Shown here in pieces: positions 15,001 to 30,000 of a stretch of DNA of 64,000 nucleotides (its first letter is position 1; the number at the start of each line of letters is the position of its first letter). The stretch is taken from positions 249,302,001-249,366,000 of the forward strand of contig OZ024743.1 in NCBI GenBank assembly GCA_964016885.1, in the 5' to 3' direction. The notes under the pieces were generated by a model. It ran no database searches. It was not told where the DNA came from and was given only the letters and a program-made list of their open reading frames with translations. Source of the stretch: Eledone cirrhosa (Eukaryota). The translations under genes were made by a program, and so were the position numbers.

Positions 15001-18000
15001 ACAGTAATATGTTAACTACATAGACAACTGTAATGTGTTAACGACATATGCAACAGTAATATGTTAAGTACGTAGACAATAGTAATGTTTTAACTATATA
15101 GACAACAGTAATGTGTTAACTACATAGGCAACAGTAATATGTTAACTACATAGACAACAGTAATGTGTTAACTGTGTAGGCAACAGTAATATGTTAACTA
15201 CATAGACAACAGTAATGTGTTAACTGTGTAGGCAACAGTAATATGTTAACTACATAGAGAACAGTAATATGTTAACTACATAGGCAACAGTAATGTGTTA
15301 ACTATATAGACAACAGTAATGTGTTAACTACATAGGCAACAGTAATGTGTTAACTATATAGACAACAGTAATGTGTTAACTACATAGACAACAGTAACGT
15401 GTTAACTACATAGGCAACAGTAATATGTTAAGTAGATAGACAACTGTACTGTGTTAACTACATAGACAACAGTAAAGTGTTAACTACATAGACAACAGTA
15501 AAGTGTTCACTACATAGACAACAGTAATGTGTTAACTACATAGACAACAGTAAAGTGTTAACTACATAGACAACAGTAATGTGTTAACTACATAGGCAAC
15601 AGTAATGCGTTAACTACATAGACAACAGTAATGTGTTAACTACATAGACAGCAGTAATGTGTTAACTACATAGACAACAGTAAAGTGTTAACTACATAGA
15701 CAACTTTAATGTGTTAATTACATAGGCAACAGTAATGTTTTAACTACATAGACAACAGTAATGTGTTAACTACATAGGCAACAGTATTGTGTGAAATAAA
15801 TAGACAACATAATATGTTAACTACATAGGCAACAGTAATGTGTTAACTACATAGACAACAGTAAAGTGTTAACTAGATAGACAATAGTAATGTGTTAACT
15901 ACATAGACAATAGTAACGTTTTAACTACATAGACAACAGTAATATGTTAACTACATAGGCAACAGTAATGTGTTAACTACATAGGCAACAGTAAAGTGTT
16001 AACTACATAGGCAACAGTAAAGTGTTAACTACATAGACAACAGTAATGTGTTAACTACATAGACAACAGTAATGTGTTAACTACATAGGCAACAGTAATG
16101 TGTTAACTACATAGGCAACAGTAAAGTGTTGACTACATAGGCAACAGTAATATGTTAATTACATAGACAACAGTAATATGTTACCTACATAGAGAACAGT
16201 AATGTGTTAAGTACATACACAACAGTTATGTGTTAAGTACATAGGCAACAGTAAAGTGTTAACTACATAGGCAACAGTAAAGTGTTAACTACATAGACAA
16301 CAGTAATATGTTAACTACATAGGCAACAGTAATATGTTAACTACATAGACAACAGTAATGTGTTAACTACTTAGACAACAGTAATGTGTTAACTACATAG
16401 GCAACAGTAATGTGTAAACTACATAGGCAACAGTAAAGTGTTGACTACATAGGCAACAGTAATATGTTAACTACATAGACAACAGTAATATGTTACCTAC
16501 ATAGACAACAGTAATGTGTTAAGTACATAGACAACAGTAATGTGTTAAGTACATAGACAACAGTAATGTGTTAAGTACATAGACAAGAGTAATATGTTAA
16601 CTATATAGACAAGAGTAATGTGTTAACTACAAAGGCAACAGTAATATGTTAACTACATAGACAACTGTAATGTGTTAACTACATAGGCAACAGTAATATG
16701 TTAAGTACGTAGACAATAGTAATGTTTTAACTATATAGACAACAGTAATGTGTTAACTACATAGGCAACAGTAATATGTTAACTACATAGACAACAGTAA
16801 TGTGTTAACTATGTAGGCAACAGTAATATGTTAACTACATAGGCAACAGTAATATGTTAACTACATAGGCAACAGTAATGTGTTAACTATATATACAACA
16901 GTAATGTGTTAACTACATAGACAACAGTAACATGTTAACTACATAGGCAACAGTAATATGTTAAGTACATAGACAACTGTAATGTGTTAACTACATAGAA
17001 AATAGTAATGTGTTAACTACATAGACAACAGTAATATGTTAACTACATAGGCAACAGTAATGTGTTAACTACATAGGCAACAGTAAAGTGTTATCTACAT
17101 AGGCAACAGTAAAGTGTTAACTACATAGACAACAGTAATGTGTTAACTACATAGACAACAGTAATGTGTTAACTACATAGGCAACAGTAATGTGTTAACT
17201 ACATACGCAACAGTAAAGTGTTGACTACATAGGCAACAGTAAAGTGTTGACTACATAGGCAACAGTAATATGTTAATTACATAGACAACAGTAATATGTT
17301 ACCTACATAGAGAACAGTAATGTGTTAAGTACATACACAACAGTTATGTGTTAAGTACATAGGCAACAGTAAAGTGTTAACTACATAGGCAACAGTAAAG
17401 TGTTAACTACATGGACAACAGTAATATGTTAACTACATAGGCAACAGTAATATGTTAACTACATAGACAACAGTAATGTGTTAACTACATAGACAACAGT
17501 AATGTGTTAACTACATAGGCAACAGTAATGTGTAAACTACATAGGCAACAGTAAAGTGTTGACTACATAGGCAACAGTAATATGTTAACGACATAGACAA
17601 CAGTAATATGTTACTTACATAGACAACAGTAATGTGTTAAGTACATAGACAACAGTAATGTGTTAAGTACATAGACAACAGTAATGTGTTAAGTACATAG
17701 ACAACAGTAATATGTTAACTATATAGACAAGAGTAATGTGTTAACTACAAAGGCAACAGTAATATGTTAACTACATAGACAACTGTAATGTGTTAACGAC
17801 ATATGCAACAGTAATATTTTAAGTACGTAGACAATAGTAATGTTTTAACTATATAGACAACAGTAATGTGTTAACTACATAGGCAACAGTAATATGTTAA
17901 CTACATAGACAACAGTAATGTGTTAACTGTGTAGGCAACAGTAATATGTTAACTACATAGACAACAGTAATGTGTTAACTGTGTAGGCAACAGTAATATG

Positions 18001-21000
18001 TTAACTACATAGAGAACAGTAATATGTTAACTACATAGGCAACAGTAATGTGTTAACTATATAGACAACAGTAATGTGTTAACTACATAGACAACAGTAA
18101 CGTGTTAACTACATAGGCAACAGTAATATGTTAAGTAGATAGACAACTGTACTGTGTTAACTACATAGACAACAGTAAAGTGTTAACTACATAGACAACA
18201 GTAAAGTGTTCACTACATAGACAACAGTAATGTGTTAACTACATAGACAACAGTAAAGTGTTAACTACATAGACAACAGTAATGTGTTAACTACATAGGC
18301 AACAGTAATATGTTAACTACATAGACAACAGTAAAGTGTTAACTACATAGGCAACAGTAAAGTGTTAACTACATAGGCAACAGTAAAGTGTTAACTACAT
18401 AGACAATAGTAATATGTTAACTACATAGGCAACAGTAATATGTTAACTACATAGACAACAGTAATGTGTTAACTACATAGACAACAGTAATGTGTTAACT
18501 ACATAGGCAACAGTAATGTGTAAACTACATAGGCAACAGTAAAGTGTTGACTACATAGGCAACAGTAATATGTTAACTACATAGACAACAGTAATATGTT
18601 ACCTACATAGACAACAGTAATGTGTTAAGTACATAGACAACAGTAATGTGTTAAGTACATAGACAACAGTAATATGTTAACTATATAGACAAGACTAATG
18701 TGTTAACTACAAAGGCAACAGTAATATGTTAACTACATAGACAACTGTAATGTGTTAACTACATAGGCAACAGTAATATGTTAAGTACGTAGACAATAGT
18801 AATGTTTTAACTATATAGACAACAGTAATGTGTTAACTACATAGGCAACACTAATATGTTAACTACATAGACAACAGTAATGTGTTAACTATGTAGGCAA
18901 CAGTAATATGTTAACTACATAGACAACAGTAATATGTTAACTACAAGGCAACAGTAATGTGTTAACTGTATAGACAACAGTAATGTGTTAACTACATAGA
19001 CAACAGTAACGTGTTAACTACATAGGCAACAGTAATATGTTAAATACATAGACAACTGTAATGTGTTAACTACATAGACAACAGTAAAGTGTTAACTACA
19101 TAGACAACAGTAAATTGTTAACTACAGAGACAACAGTAATGTGTTAACTACATAGACAACAGTAAAGTGTTAACGACATAGACAACAGTAATGTGTTAAC
19201 TACATAGGCAACAGTGATATGTTAACTACATAGACAACAGTAATGTGTTAACTACATAGACAACTGTAATATGTTAACTACATACACAACAGTAATATGT
19301 TAACTACATAGACAACAGTAATATGTTAACTACATAGGCAACAGTAATGTGATGTCTATATAGGCATAAGTAATGTGTTAACTACATAGACAACAGTAAT
19401 ATGTTAACTACATAGGCAACAGTAATGTGTTAACTACATAGGCAACAGTAAAGTGTTACCTACATAGGAAACAGTAATGTGTTAACTACATAGGCAACAG
19501 AAATGTGTTATCTACATAGGCTACAGTAATGTGTTAACTACATAGGCAACAGTAAAGTGTTAACTACATAGACAACAGTAAGGTGTTAACTACATAGGCA
19601 ATAGTAATGTGTTAACTACATAGGCAACAGTAATGTGTTAAATACATCGACAACAGTAATGTGTTAACTACATAGGCAACAGTAAAGTATTAACTACAGA
19701 GACAACAGTAAAGTGTTAACTACATAGACAACAGTAATGTGTTAATTACATAGGCAACAGTAATGTGTTAACTACATAGACAACAGTAATGTGTTAACTA
19801 CATAGGCAACAGTATTGTGTGAAATACATAGACAACATAATATGTTAACTACATAGGCAACAGTAATGTGTTAACTACATAGACAACAGTAAAGTGTTAA
19901 CTACATAGACAATAGTAATGTGTTAACTACATAGCCAATAGTAACATTTTAACTACATAGACAACAGTAACGTGTTAACTACATAGGCCACAGTAATGTG
20001 TTAACTACATAGACAACAGTAATATGTTAACTACATAGGCAACAGTAATGTGTTAACTACATAGGCAACAGTAAAGTGTTAACTACATAGGCAACAGTAA
20101 AGTGTTAACTACATAGACAACAGTAATGTGTTAACTACATAGACAACAGTAATGTGTTAACTACATAGCCAACAGTAATGTGTTAACTACATAGGCAACA
20201 GTAAAGTGTTGACTACATAGGCAACAGTAATATGTTAATTACATAGACAACAGTAATATGTTACCTACATAGAGAACAGTAATGTGTTAAGTACATACAC
20301 AACAGTTATGTGTTAAGTACATAGACAACAGTAATGTGTTAAGTACACAGACAACAGTAATATGTTAACTATATAGACAACAGTAATGTGTTAACTACAA
20401 AGGCAACAGTAATATGTTAACTACATTTGACAACAGTAATGTGTTAAGTACATAGGCAACAGTAATATATTAACTACATAGACAACAGTAATATGTTAAC
20501 TACATAGGCAACAGTAATGTGTTAACTATATGGACAACAGTAATGTGTTAACTATATAGGCAATAGTGATATGTTAACTACATAGGCAACAGTGATATGT
20601 TAACTACATAGACAACAGTAATGTGTTAACTACATAGACAACTGTAATATGTTAACTACATACACAACAGTAATATGTTAACTACATAGACAACAGTAAT
20701 ATGTTAACTACATAGGCAACAGTAATGTGATGTCTATATAGGCATAAGTAACGTGTTAACTACATAGACAACAGTAATATGTTAACTACATAGGAAACAG
20801 TAATGTGTTAACTACATCGGCAACAGTAATGTGTTATCTACATAGGCTACAGTAATGTGTTAACTACATAGGCAACAGCAATGTGTTAACTACATAGACA
20901 ATAGTAATGTGTTAACTACATAGGCAACAGTAACGTGTTAACTACAGAGACAACAGTAAAGTGTTAACTACATAGACAACAGTAATGTGTTAAATACATA

Positions 21001-24000
21001 GGCAACGGTAATGTGTTAACTACATAGGCAACAGTAATGTGTTATCTACATAGGCAACAGTAATGTGTTAACTACATAGACAACAGTAATGTGTTAACTA
21101 CATAGACAGCAGTAATGTGTTAACTACATAGACAACAGTAAAGTGTTAACTACATAGACAACAGTAATGTGTTAATTACATAGGCAACAGTAATGTGTTA
21201 ACTACATAGACAACAGTAATGTGTTAACTACATAGGCAACAGTATTGTGTGAAATACATAGACACCATAATATTTTAACTACATAGGCAACAGTAAGGTG
21301 TTAACTACATAGACAACATAATATGTTAACTACATAGACAATAGTAATGTGTTAACTACATAGACAATAGTAACGTGTTAACTACATAGACAACAGTAAC
21401 GTGTTAACTACATAGGCAACAGTAATGTGTTAACTACATAGACAACAGTAATATGTTAACTACATAGGCAACAGTAATGTGTTAACTACATAGGCAACAG
21501 TAAAGTGTTAACTACATAGACAACAGAAATATGTTAACTACATAGGCAACAGTAATATGTTAACTACATAGACAACAGTAATGTGTTAACTACATAGGCA
21601 ACAGTAATGTGTTAACTACATAGGCAACAGTAAAGTGTTGACTACATAGGCAACAGTAATATGTTAATTACATAGACAATAGTAATATGTTACCTACATA
21701 GGCAACAGTAATGTGTTAACTATATGGACAACAGTAATGTGTTAACTACATAGACAACAGTAATGTGTTAACTACATAGGCAACAGTAATATGTTAAATA
21801 CATAGACAACTGTAATGTGTTAACTACATAGACAACAGTAATGTGTTAACTACATAGGCAACAGTAATATGTTAAATACATAGACAACTGTAATGTGTTA
21901 ACTACATAGACAACAGTAAAGTGTTAACTACATAGACAACAGTAAAGTGTTAACTACATAGACAACAGTAAAGTGTTAACTACAGAGACAACAGTAATGT
22001 GTTAACTATATAGGCAACAGTGATATGTTAACTACATAGGCAACAGTGATATGTTAACTACATAGACAACAGTAAAGTGTTAACGACATAGACAACAGTA
22101 ATGTGTTAACTATATAGGCAACAGTGATATGTTAACTACATAGGCAACAGAGATATGTTAACTACATAGACAACAGTAATGTGTTAACTACATAGACAAC
22201 TGTAATATGTTAACTACATACACAACAGTAATATGTTAACTACATAGACAACAGTAAAGTGTTAACTACATAGGCAATAGTAATGTGTTAACTACATAGG
22301 CAACAGTAATGTGTTATCTACATAGGCTACAGTAATGTGTTAACTACATAGGCAACAGTAATGTGTTAACTACATAGACAATAGTAATGTGTTAACTACA
22401 TAGGCAACAGTAAAGTGTTAACTACATAGACAACAGTAAAGTGTTAACTACATAGACAATAGTAATGTGTTAACTACATAGGCAACAGTAATGTGTTAAA
22501 TACATAGACAACAATAATGTGTTAACTACATAGGCAACAGTAATGTGTTAACTACATAGGCAACAGTAAAGTGTTAACTACAGAGACAACAGTAAAGTCT
22601 TAACTACAGAGACAACAGTAAAGTGTTAACTACATAGACAACAGTAATGTGTTAATTACATAGGTAACAGTAATGTGTTAACTACATAGACAACAGTAAT
22701 GTGTTAACTACATAGACAACAGTAATATGTTAACTACATAGGCAACAGTAATATGTTAACTACATAGAAAACAGTAAAGTGTTGACTACATAGGCAACAG
22801 TAATATGTTAACTACATAGACAACAGTAATATGTTATCTACATAGACAACAGTAATGTGTTAAGTACATAGACAACAGTAATGTGTTAAGTACATAGACA
22901 ACAGTAATATGTTAACTATATAGACAACAGTAATGTGTTAACTACAAAGGCAACAGTAATATGTTAACTACATTTGACAACAGTAATGTGTTAACTACAT
23001 AGGCAACAGTAATATATTAACTACATAGACAACAGTAATATGTTAACTACATGGACAACAGTATTGTGTGAAATACATAGACAACATAATATGTTAACTA
23101 CATAGGCAACAGAAATGTGTTAACTACATAGACAACATAATATGTTAACTAAATATACAATAGTAATGTGTTAACTACATAGACAATAGTAACGTGGTAA
23201 CTACATAGACAACAGTAACGTGTTAACTACATAGGCAACAGTAATGTGTTAACTACATAGACAACAGTAATATGTTAACTACATAGGCAACAGTAATATG
23301 TTAACTACATAGACAACAGTAATGTGTTAACTACATAGAAAACAGTAAAGTGTTGACTACATAGGCAACAGTAATATGTTAACTACATAGACAACAGTAA
23401 TATGTTATCTACATAGACAACAGTAATGTGTTAAGTACATAGACAACAGTAATATGTTAAGTATATAGACAACAGTAATGTGTTAACTACAAAGGCAACA
23501 GTAATATGTTAACTACATTTGACAACAGTAATGTGTTAACTACATAGGCAACAGTAATATATTAACTACATAGACAACAGTAATATGTTAACTACATAGG
23601 CAACAGTAATGTGTTAACTATATGGACAACAGTAATGCGTTAACTACATAGACAACAGTAATGTGTTAACTACATAGGCAACAGTAATATGTTAAATACA
23701 TAGACAACTGTAATGTGTTAACTACATAGACAACAGTAATGTGTTAACTACATAGGCAACAGTAATATGTTAAATACATAGACAACTGTAATGTGTTAAC
23801 TACATAGACAACAGTAAAGTGTTAACTACATAGACAACAGTAAAGTGTTAACTACATAGACAACAGTAATGTGTTAACTACATAGGCAACAGTAATATGT
23901 TAAATACATAGACAACTGTAATGTGTTAACTACATAGACAACAGTAAAGTGTTAACTACATAGACAACAGTAAAGTGTTAACTACATAGACAACAGTAAA

Positions 24001-27000
24001 GTGTTAACTACATAGACAACAGTAATGTGTTAACTATATAGGCAACAGTGATATGTTAACTACATAGGCAACAGTGATATGTTAACTACATAGACAACAG
24101 TAATGTGTTAACTACATAGACAACTGTAATATGTTAACTACATACACAACAGTAATATGTTAACTACATAGACAACAGTAATGTGTTAACTACATAGGCA
24201 ACAGTAAAGTGTTAACTACAGAGACAACAGTAAAGTCTTAACTACAGAGACAACAGTAAAGTGTTAACTACATAGGCAATAGTAATGTGTTAACTACATA
24301 GGCAACAGTAATGTGTTATCTACATAGGCTACAGTAATGTGTTAACTACATAGGCAACAGTAATGTGTTAACTACATAGACAATAGTAACGTGTTAACTA
24401 CATAGGCAACAGTAAAGTGTTAACTACATAGACAACAGTAAAGTGTTAACTACATAGACAATAGTAATGTGTTAACTACATAGGCAACAGTAATGTGTTA
24501 AATACATAGATAACAATAATGTGTTAACTACATAGGCAACAGTAATGTGTTAACTACATAGGCAACAGTAAAGTGTTAACTACAGAGACAACAGTAAAGT
24601 GTTAACTACAGAGACAACAGTAAAGTGTTAACTACATAGACAACAGTAATGTGTTAAATAAATAGGCAACGGTAATGTGTTAACTACATAGGCAACATTA
24701 ATGTGTTAACTACATAGACAACAGTAATGTGTTAACTACATAGACAACAGTAATGTGTTAACTACATAGACAACAGTAATGTGTTAACTACATAGACAAC
24801 AGTAATGTGTTAATTACATAGGTAACAGTAATGTGTTAACTACATAGACAACAGTAATGTGTTAACTACATAGGCAACAGTATTGTGTGAAATACATAGA
24901 CAACATAATATGTTAACTACATAGGCAACAGAAATGTGTTAACTACATAGACAACATAATATGTTAACTAAATATACAATAGTAATGTGTTAACTACATA
25001 GACAATAGTAACGTGGTAACTACATAGACAACAGTAACGTGTTAACTACATAGGCAACAGTAATGTGTTAACTACATAGACAACAGTAATATGTTAACTA
25101 CATAGGCAACAGTAATATGTTAACTACATAGACAACAGTAATGTGTTAACTACATAGAAAACAGTAAAGTGTTGACTACATAGGCAACAGTAATATGTTA
25201 ACTACATAGACAACAGTAATATGTTATCTACATAGACAACAGTAATGTGTTAAGTACATAGACAACAGTAATGTGTTAAGTACATAGACAACAGTAATGT
25301 GTTAAGTACATAGACAACAGTAATATGTTAACTATATAAACAACAGTAATGTGTTAACTACATAGGCAACAATAATATGTTAACTACGTAGACAACAGTA
25401 ATGTATTAACTATGTAGGCAACAGTAATATGTTAACTACATAGACAATAGTAATAAGTTAACTACATAGGCAACAGTAATGTGTTAACTATATAGACAAC
25501 AGTAATGTGTTAACTACATAGACAACAGTAATGTGTTAACTACATAGGCAACAGTAATATGTTAAATACATAGACAACTGTAACGTGTTAACTACATAGA
25601 CAACAGTAATGTGTTAACTACATAGGCAACAGTAATATGCTAAATACATAGACAACTGTAATGTGTTAACTACATAGACAACAGTAATGTGTTAACTACA
25701 TAGGCAACAGTAATATGTTAAATACATAGACAACTGTAATGTGTTAACTACATAGACAACAGTAATGTGTTAACTACATAGACAACAGTAACGTGTTAAC
25801 TACATAGGCAACAGTAATGTGTTAACTACATAGGCAACAGTAAAGTGTTGACTACATAGGCAACAGTAATATGTTAACTACATAGACAACAGTAATATGT
25901 TACCTACATAGACAACAGTAATGTGTTAAGTACATAGACAACAGTAATGTGTTAAGTACATAGACAACTGTAATGTGTTAACTACATAGACAACAGTAAT
26001 GTGTTAACTACATAGGCAACAGTAATATGTTAAATACATAGACAACTGTAATGTGTTAACTACATAGACAACAGTAATGTGTTAACTACATAAACAACAG
26101 TAAAGTGTTAACTACATAGACAACAGTAATGTGTTAACTACATAGACAACAGTAATGTGTTAACTACATAGACAACTGTAATATGTTAACTACATACACA
26201 ACAGTAATATGTTAACTACATAGACAACAGTAATATGTTAACTACATAAACAACAGTAAAGTGTTAACTACATAGACAACAGTAAAGTGTTAATTACATA
26301 GACAACAGTAATGTGTTAACTACATAGACAACAGTAAAGTGGTAACGACATAGACAACAGTAATGTGTTAACTATATAGGCAACAGTGATATGTTAACTA
26401 CATAGGCAACAGTGATATGTTAACTACATAGACAACAGTAATGTGTTAACTACATAGACAACTGTAATATGTTAACTACATACACAACAGTAATATGTTA
26501 ACTACATAGAAAACAGTAATATGTTAACTACATAGGCAACAGTAATGTGATATCTATATAGGCATAAGTAACGTGTTAACTACATAGACAACAGTAATAT
26601 GTTAACTATATAGACAAGAGTAATGTGTTAACTACAAAGGCAACAGTAATATGTTAACTACATAGACAACAGTAATGTGTTAACTACATAGGCAACAGTA
26701 ATATGTTAACTACGTAGACAATAGTAATGTTTTAACTATATAGACAACAGTAATGTGTTAACTACATAGGCAACAGTAATATGTTAACTACCAAGACAAC
26801 AGTAATGTGTTAACTATGTAGGCAACAGTAATATGTTAACTACATAGACAACAGTAATATGTTAACTACATAGACAACAGTAATGTGTTAACTATATAGA
26901 CAACAGTAATGTGTTAACTACATAGACAACAGCAACGTGTTAACTACATAGGCAACAGTAATATGTTAACTACATAGACAACTGTAATGTGTTAACTACA

Positions 27001-30000
27001 TAGACAACAGTAATGTGTTAACTACATAGGCAACAGTAATATGTTAAATACATAGACAACTGTAATGTGTTAACTACATAGACAACAGTAAAGTGTTAAC
27101 TACATGGACAACAGTAATGTGTTAACTACATAGGCAACAGTAAAGTGTTAACTACATAGGCAACAGTAAAGTGTTAACTACATAGACAACAGTAATATGT
27201 TAACTACATAGACAACAGTAAAGTGTTAACGACATAGACAACAGTAATGTGTTAACTATATAGGCAACAGTGATATGTTAACTACATAGGCAACAGTGAT
27301 ATGTTAACTACATAGACAACAGTAATATGTTAACTACATAGGCAACAGTAATGTGATGTCTATATAGGCATAAGTAATGTGTTAACTACATAGACAACAG
27401 TAATATGTTAACTACATAGGCAACAGCAATGTGTTAACTACATAGGCAACAGTAAAGTGTTAACTACATAGGCAACAGTAATGTGTTAACTACATAGGCA
27501 ACAGTAATGTGTTATCTACATAGGCTACAGTAATGTGTTAACTACGTAGGCAACAGTTATGTGTTAACTACATAGACAATAGTCATGTGTTAACTACATA
27601 GGCAACAGTAATGTGTTAACTACACAGACAACAGTAAAGTGTTAACTACATAGACAATAGTAATGTGTTAACTACATAGGCAACAGTAATGTGTTAAATA
27701 CATACACAACAGTAATGTGTTAACTACATAGGCAACAGTAATGTGTTAACTACATAGGCAACAGTAATGTGTTAACTACATAGACAATAGTAATGTGTTA
27801 ACTACATAGACAACAGTAAGGTGTTAACTACATAGACAACAGTAAAGTGTTAACTACATAGGCAACAGTAATGTGTTAACTTCATAGACAACAGTAAAGT
27901 GTTAACTACATAGACAACAGTAAAGTGTTAACTTCATAGACAACGGTAATGTGTTAACTACATAGGCAACAGTATTGTGTGAAATACATAGACAACATAA
28001 TATGTTAACTACATAGGCAACAGTAATGTGTTAACTACATAGACAATAGTAATGTGTTAACTACATAGACAACAGTAATGTGTTAACTACATAGGCAACA
28101 GTAATGTGTTAACTACATAGACAACAGTAATATGTTAACTACATAGGCAACAGTAATGTGTTAACTACATAGGCAACAGTAAAGTGTTAACTACATAGGC
28201 AACAGTAATGTGTTAACTACATAGGCAACAGTAATGTGTTATCTACATAGCCTACAGTAATGTGTTAACTACATAGGCAGCAGTAATGTGTTAACTACAT
28301 AGACAATAGTAACGTGTTAACTACATAGCCAACAGTAAAGTGTTAACTACATAGACAACAGTAAAGTGTTAACTACATAGACAATAGTAATGTGTTAACT
28401 ACATAGGCAACAGTAATGTGTTAAATACATAGACAACAGTAGTGTGTTAACTACATAGGCAACAGTAATGTGTTAACTACATAGGCAACAGTAAAGTGTT
28501 AACTACATAGACAACAGTAAAGTGTTAACTACATAGGCAACAGTAATGTGTTAACTACATAGACAACAGTAAAGTGTTAACTACATAGACAACAGTAAAG
28601 TGTTAACTACATAGACAACAGTAATGTGTTAACTACATCGACAACAGTAAAGTGTTAACTACATAGACAACAGTAAAGTGTTAACTACATAGACAACAGT
28701 AATGTGTTAACTACATAGGCAACGGTAATGTGTTAACTACATAGGCAACAGTAATGTGTTAACTACATAGACAACAGTAATGTGTTAACTACATAGGCAA
28801 CAGTAATGTGTTAACTTCATAGACAACAGTAATGTGTTAACTACATAGACAACAGTAAAGTATTAACTACATAGACAACAGTAATGTGTTAACTACATAG
28901 GCAACAGTATTGTGTGAAATACATAGACAACATAATATGTTAACTACATAGGCAACAGTAATATGTTAACTACATAGACAACAGTAATGTGTTAACTACA
29001 TAGGCAACAATAATATGTTAACTACGTAGACAATAGTAATGTTTTAACTATATAGACAACAGTAATGTGTTAACTACATAGGCAACAGTAATATGTTAAC
29101 TACGTAGACAACAGTAATGTGTTAACTATGTAGGCAACAGTAATATGTTAACTACATAGACAATAGTAATATGTTAACTACATAGGCAACAGTAATGTGT
29201 TAACTATATAGACAACAGTAATGTGTTAACTACATAGACAACAGTAATGTGTTAACTACATAGGCAACAGTAATATGCTAAATACATAGACAACTGTAAT
29301 GTGTTAACTACATAGACAACAGTAATGTGTTAACTACATAGGCAACAGTAATATGTTAAATACATAGACAACTGTAATGTGTTAACTACATAGACAACAG
29401 TAATGTGTTAACTACATAGACAACAGTAACGTGTTAACTACATAGGCAACAGTAATGTGTTAACTACATAGGCAACAGTAAAGTGTTGACTACATAGGCA
29501 ACAGTAATATGTTAACTACATAGACAACAGTAATATGTTACCTACATAGACAACAGTAATGTGTTAAGTACATAGACAACAGTAATGTGTTAAGTACATA
29601 GACAACTGTAATGTGTTAACTACATAGACAACAGTAATGTGTTAACTACATAGGCAACAGTAATATGTTAAATACATAGACAACTGTAATGTGTTAACTA
29701 CATAGACAACAGTAATGTGTTAACTACATAAACAACAGTAAAGTGTTAACTACATAGACAACAGTAATGTGTTAACTACATAGACAACAGTAATGTGTTA
29801 ACTACATAGACAACTGTAATATGTTAACTACATACACAACAGTAATATGTTAACTACATAGACAACAGTAATATGTTAACTACATAAACAACAGTAAAGT
29901 GTTAACTACATAGACAACAGTAAAGTGTTAATTACATAGACAACAGTAATGTGTTAACTACATAGACAACAGTAAAGTGGTAACGACATAGACAACAGTA

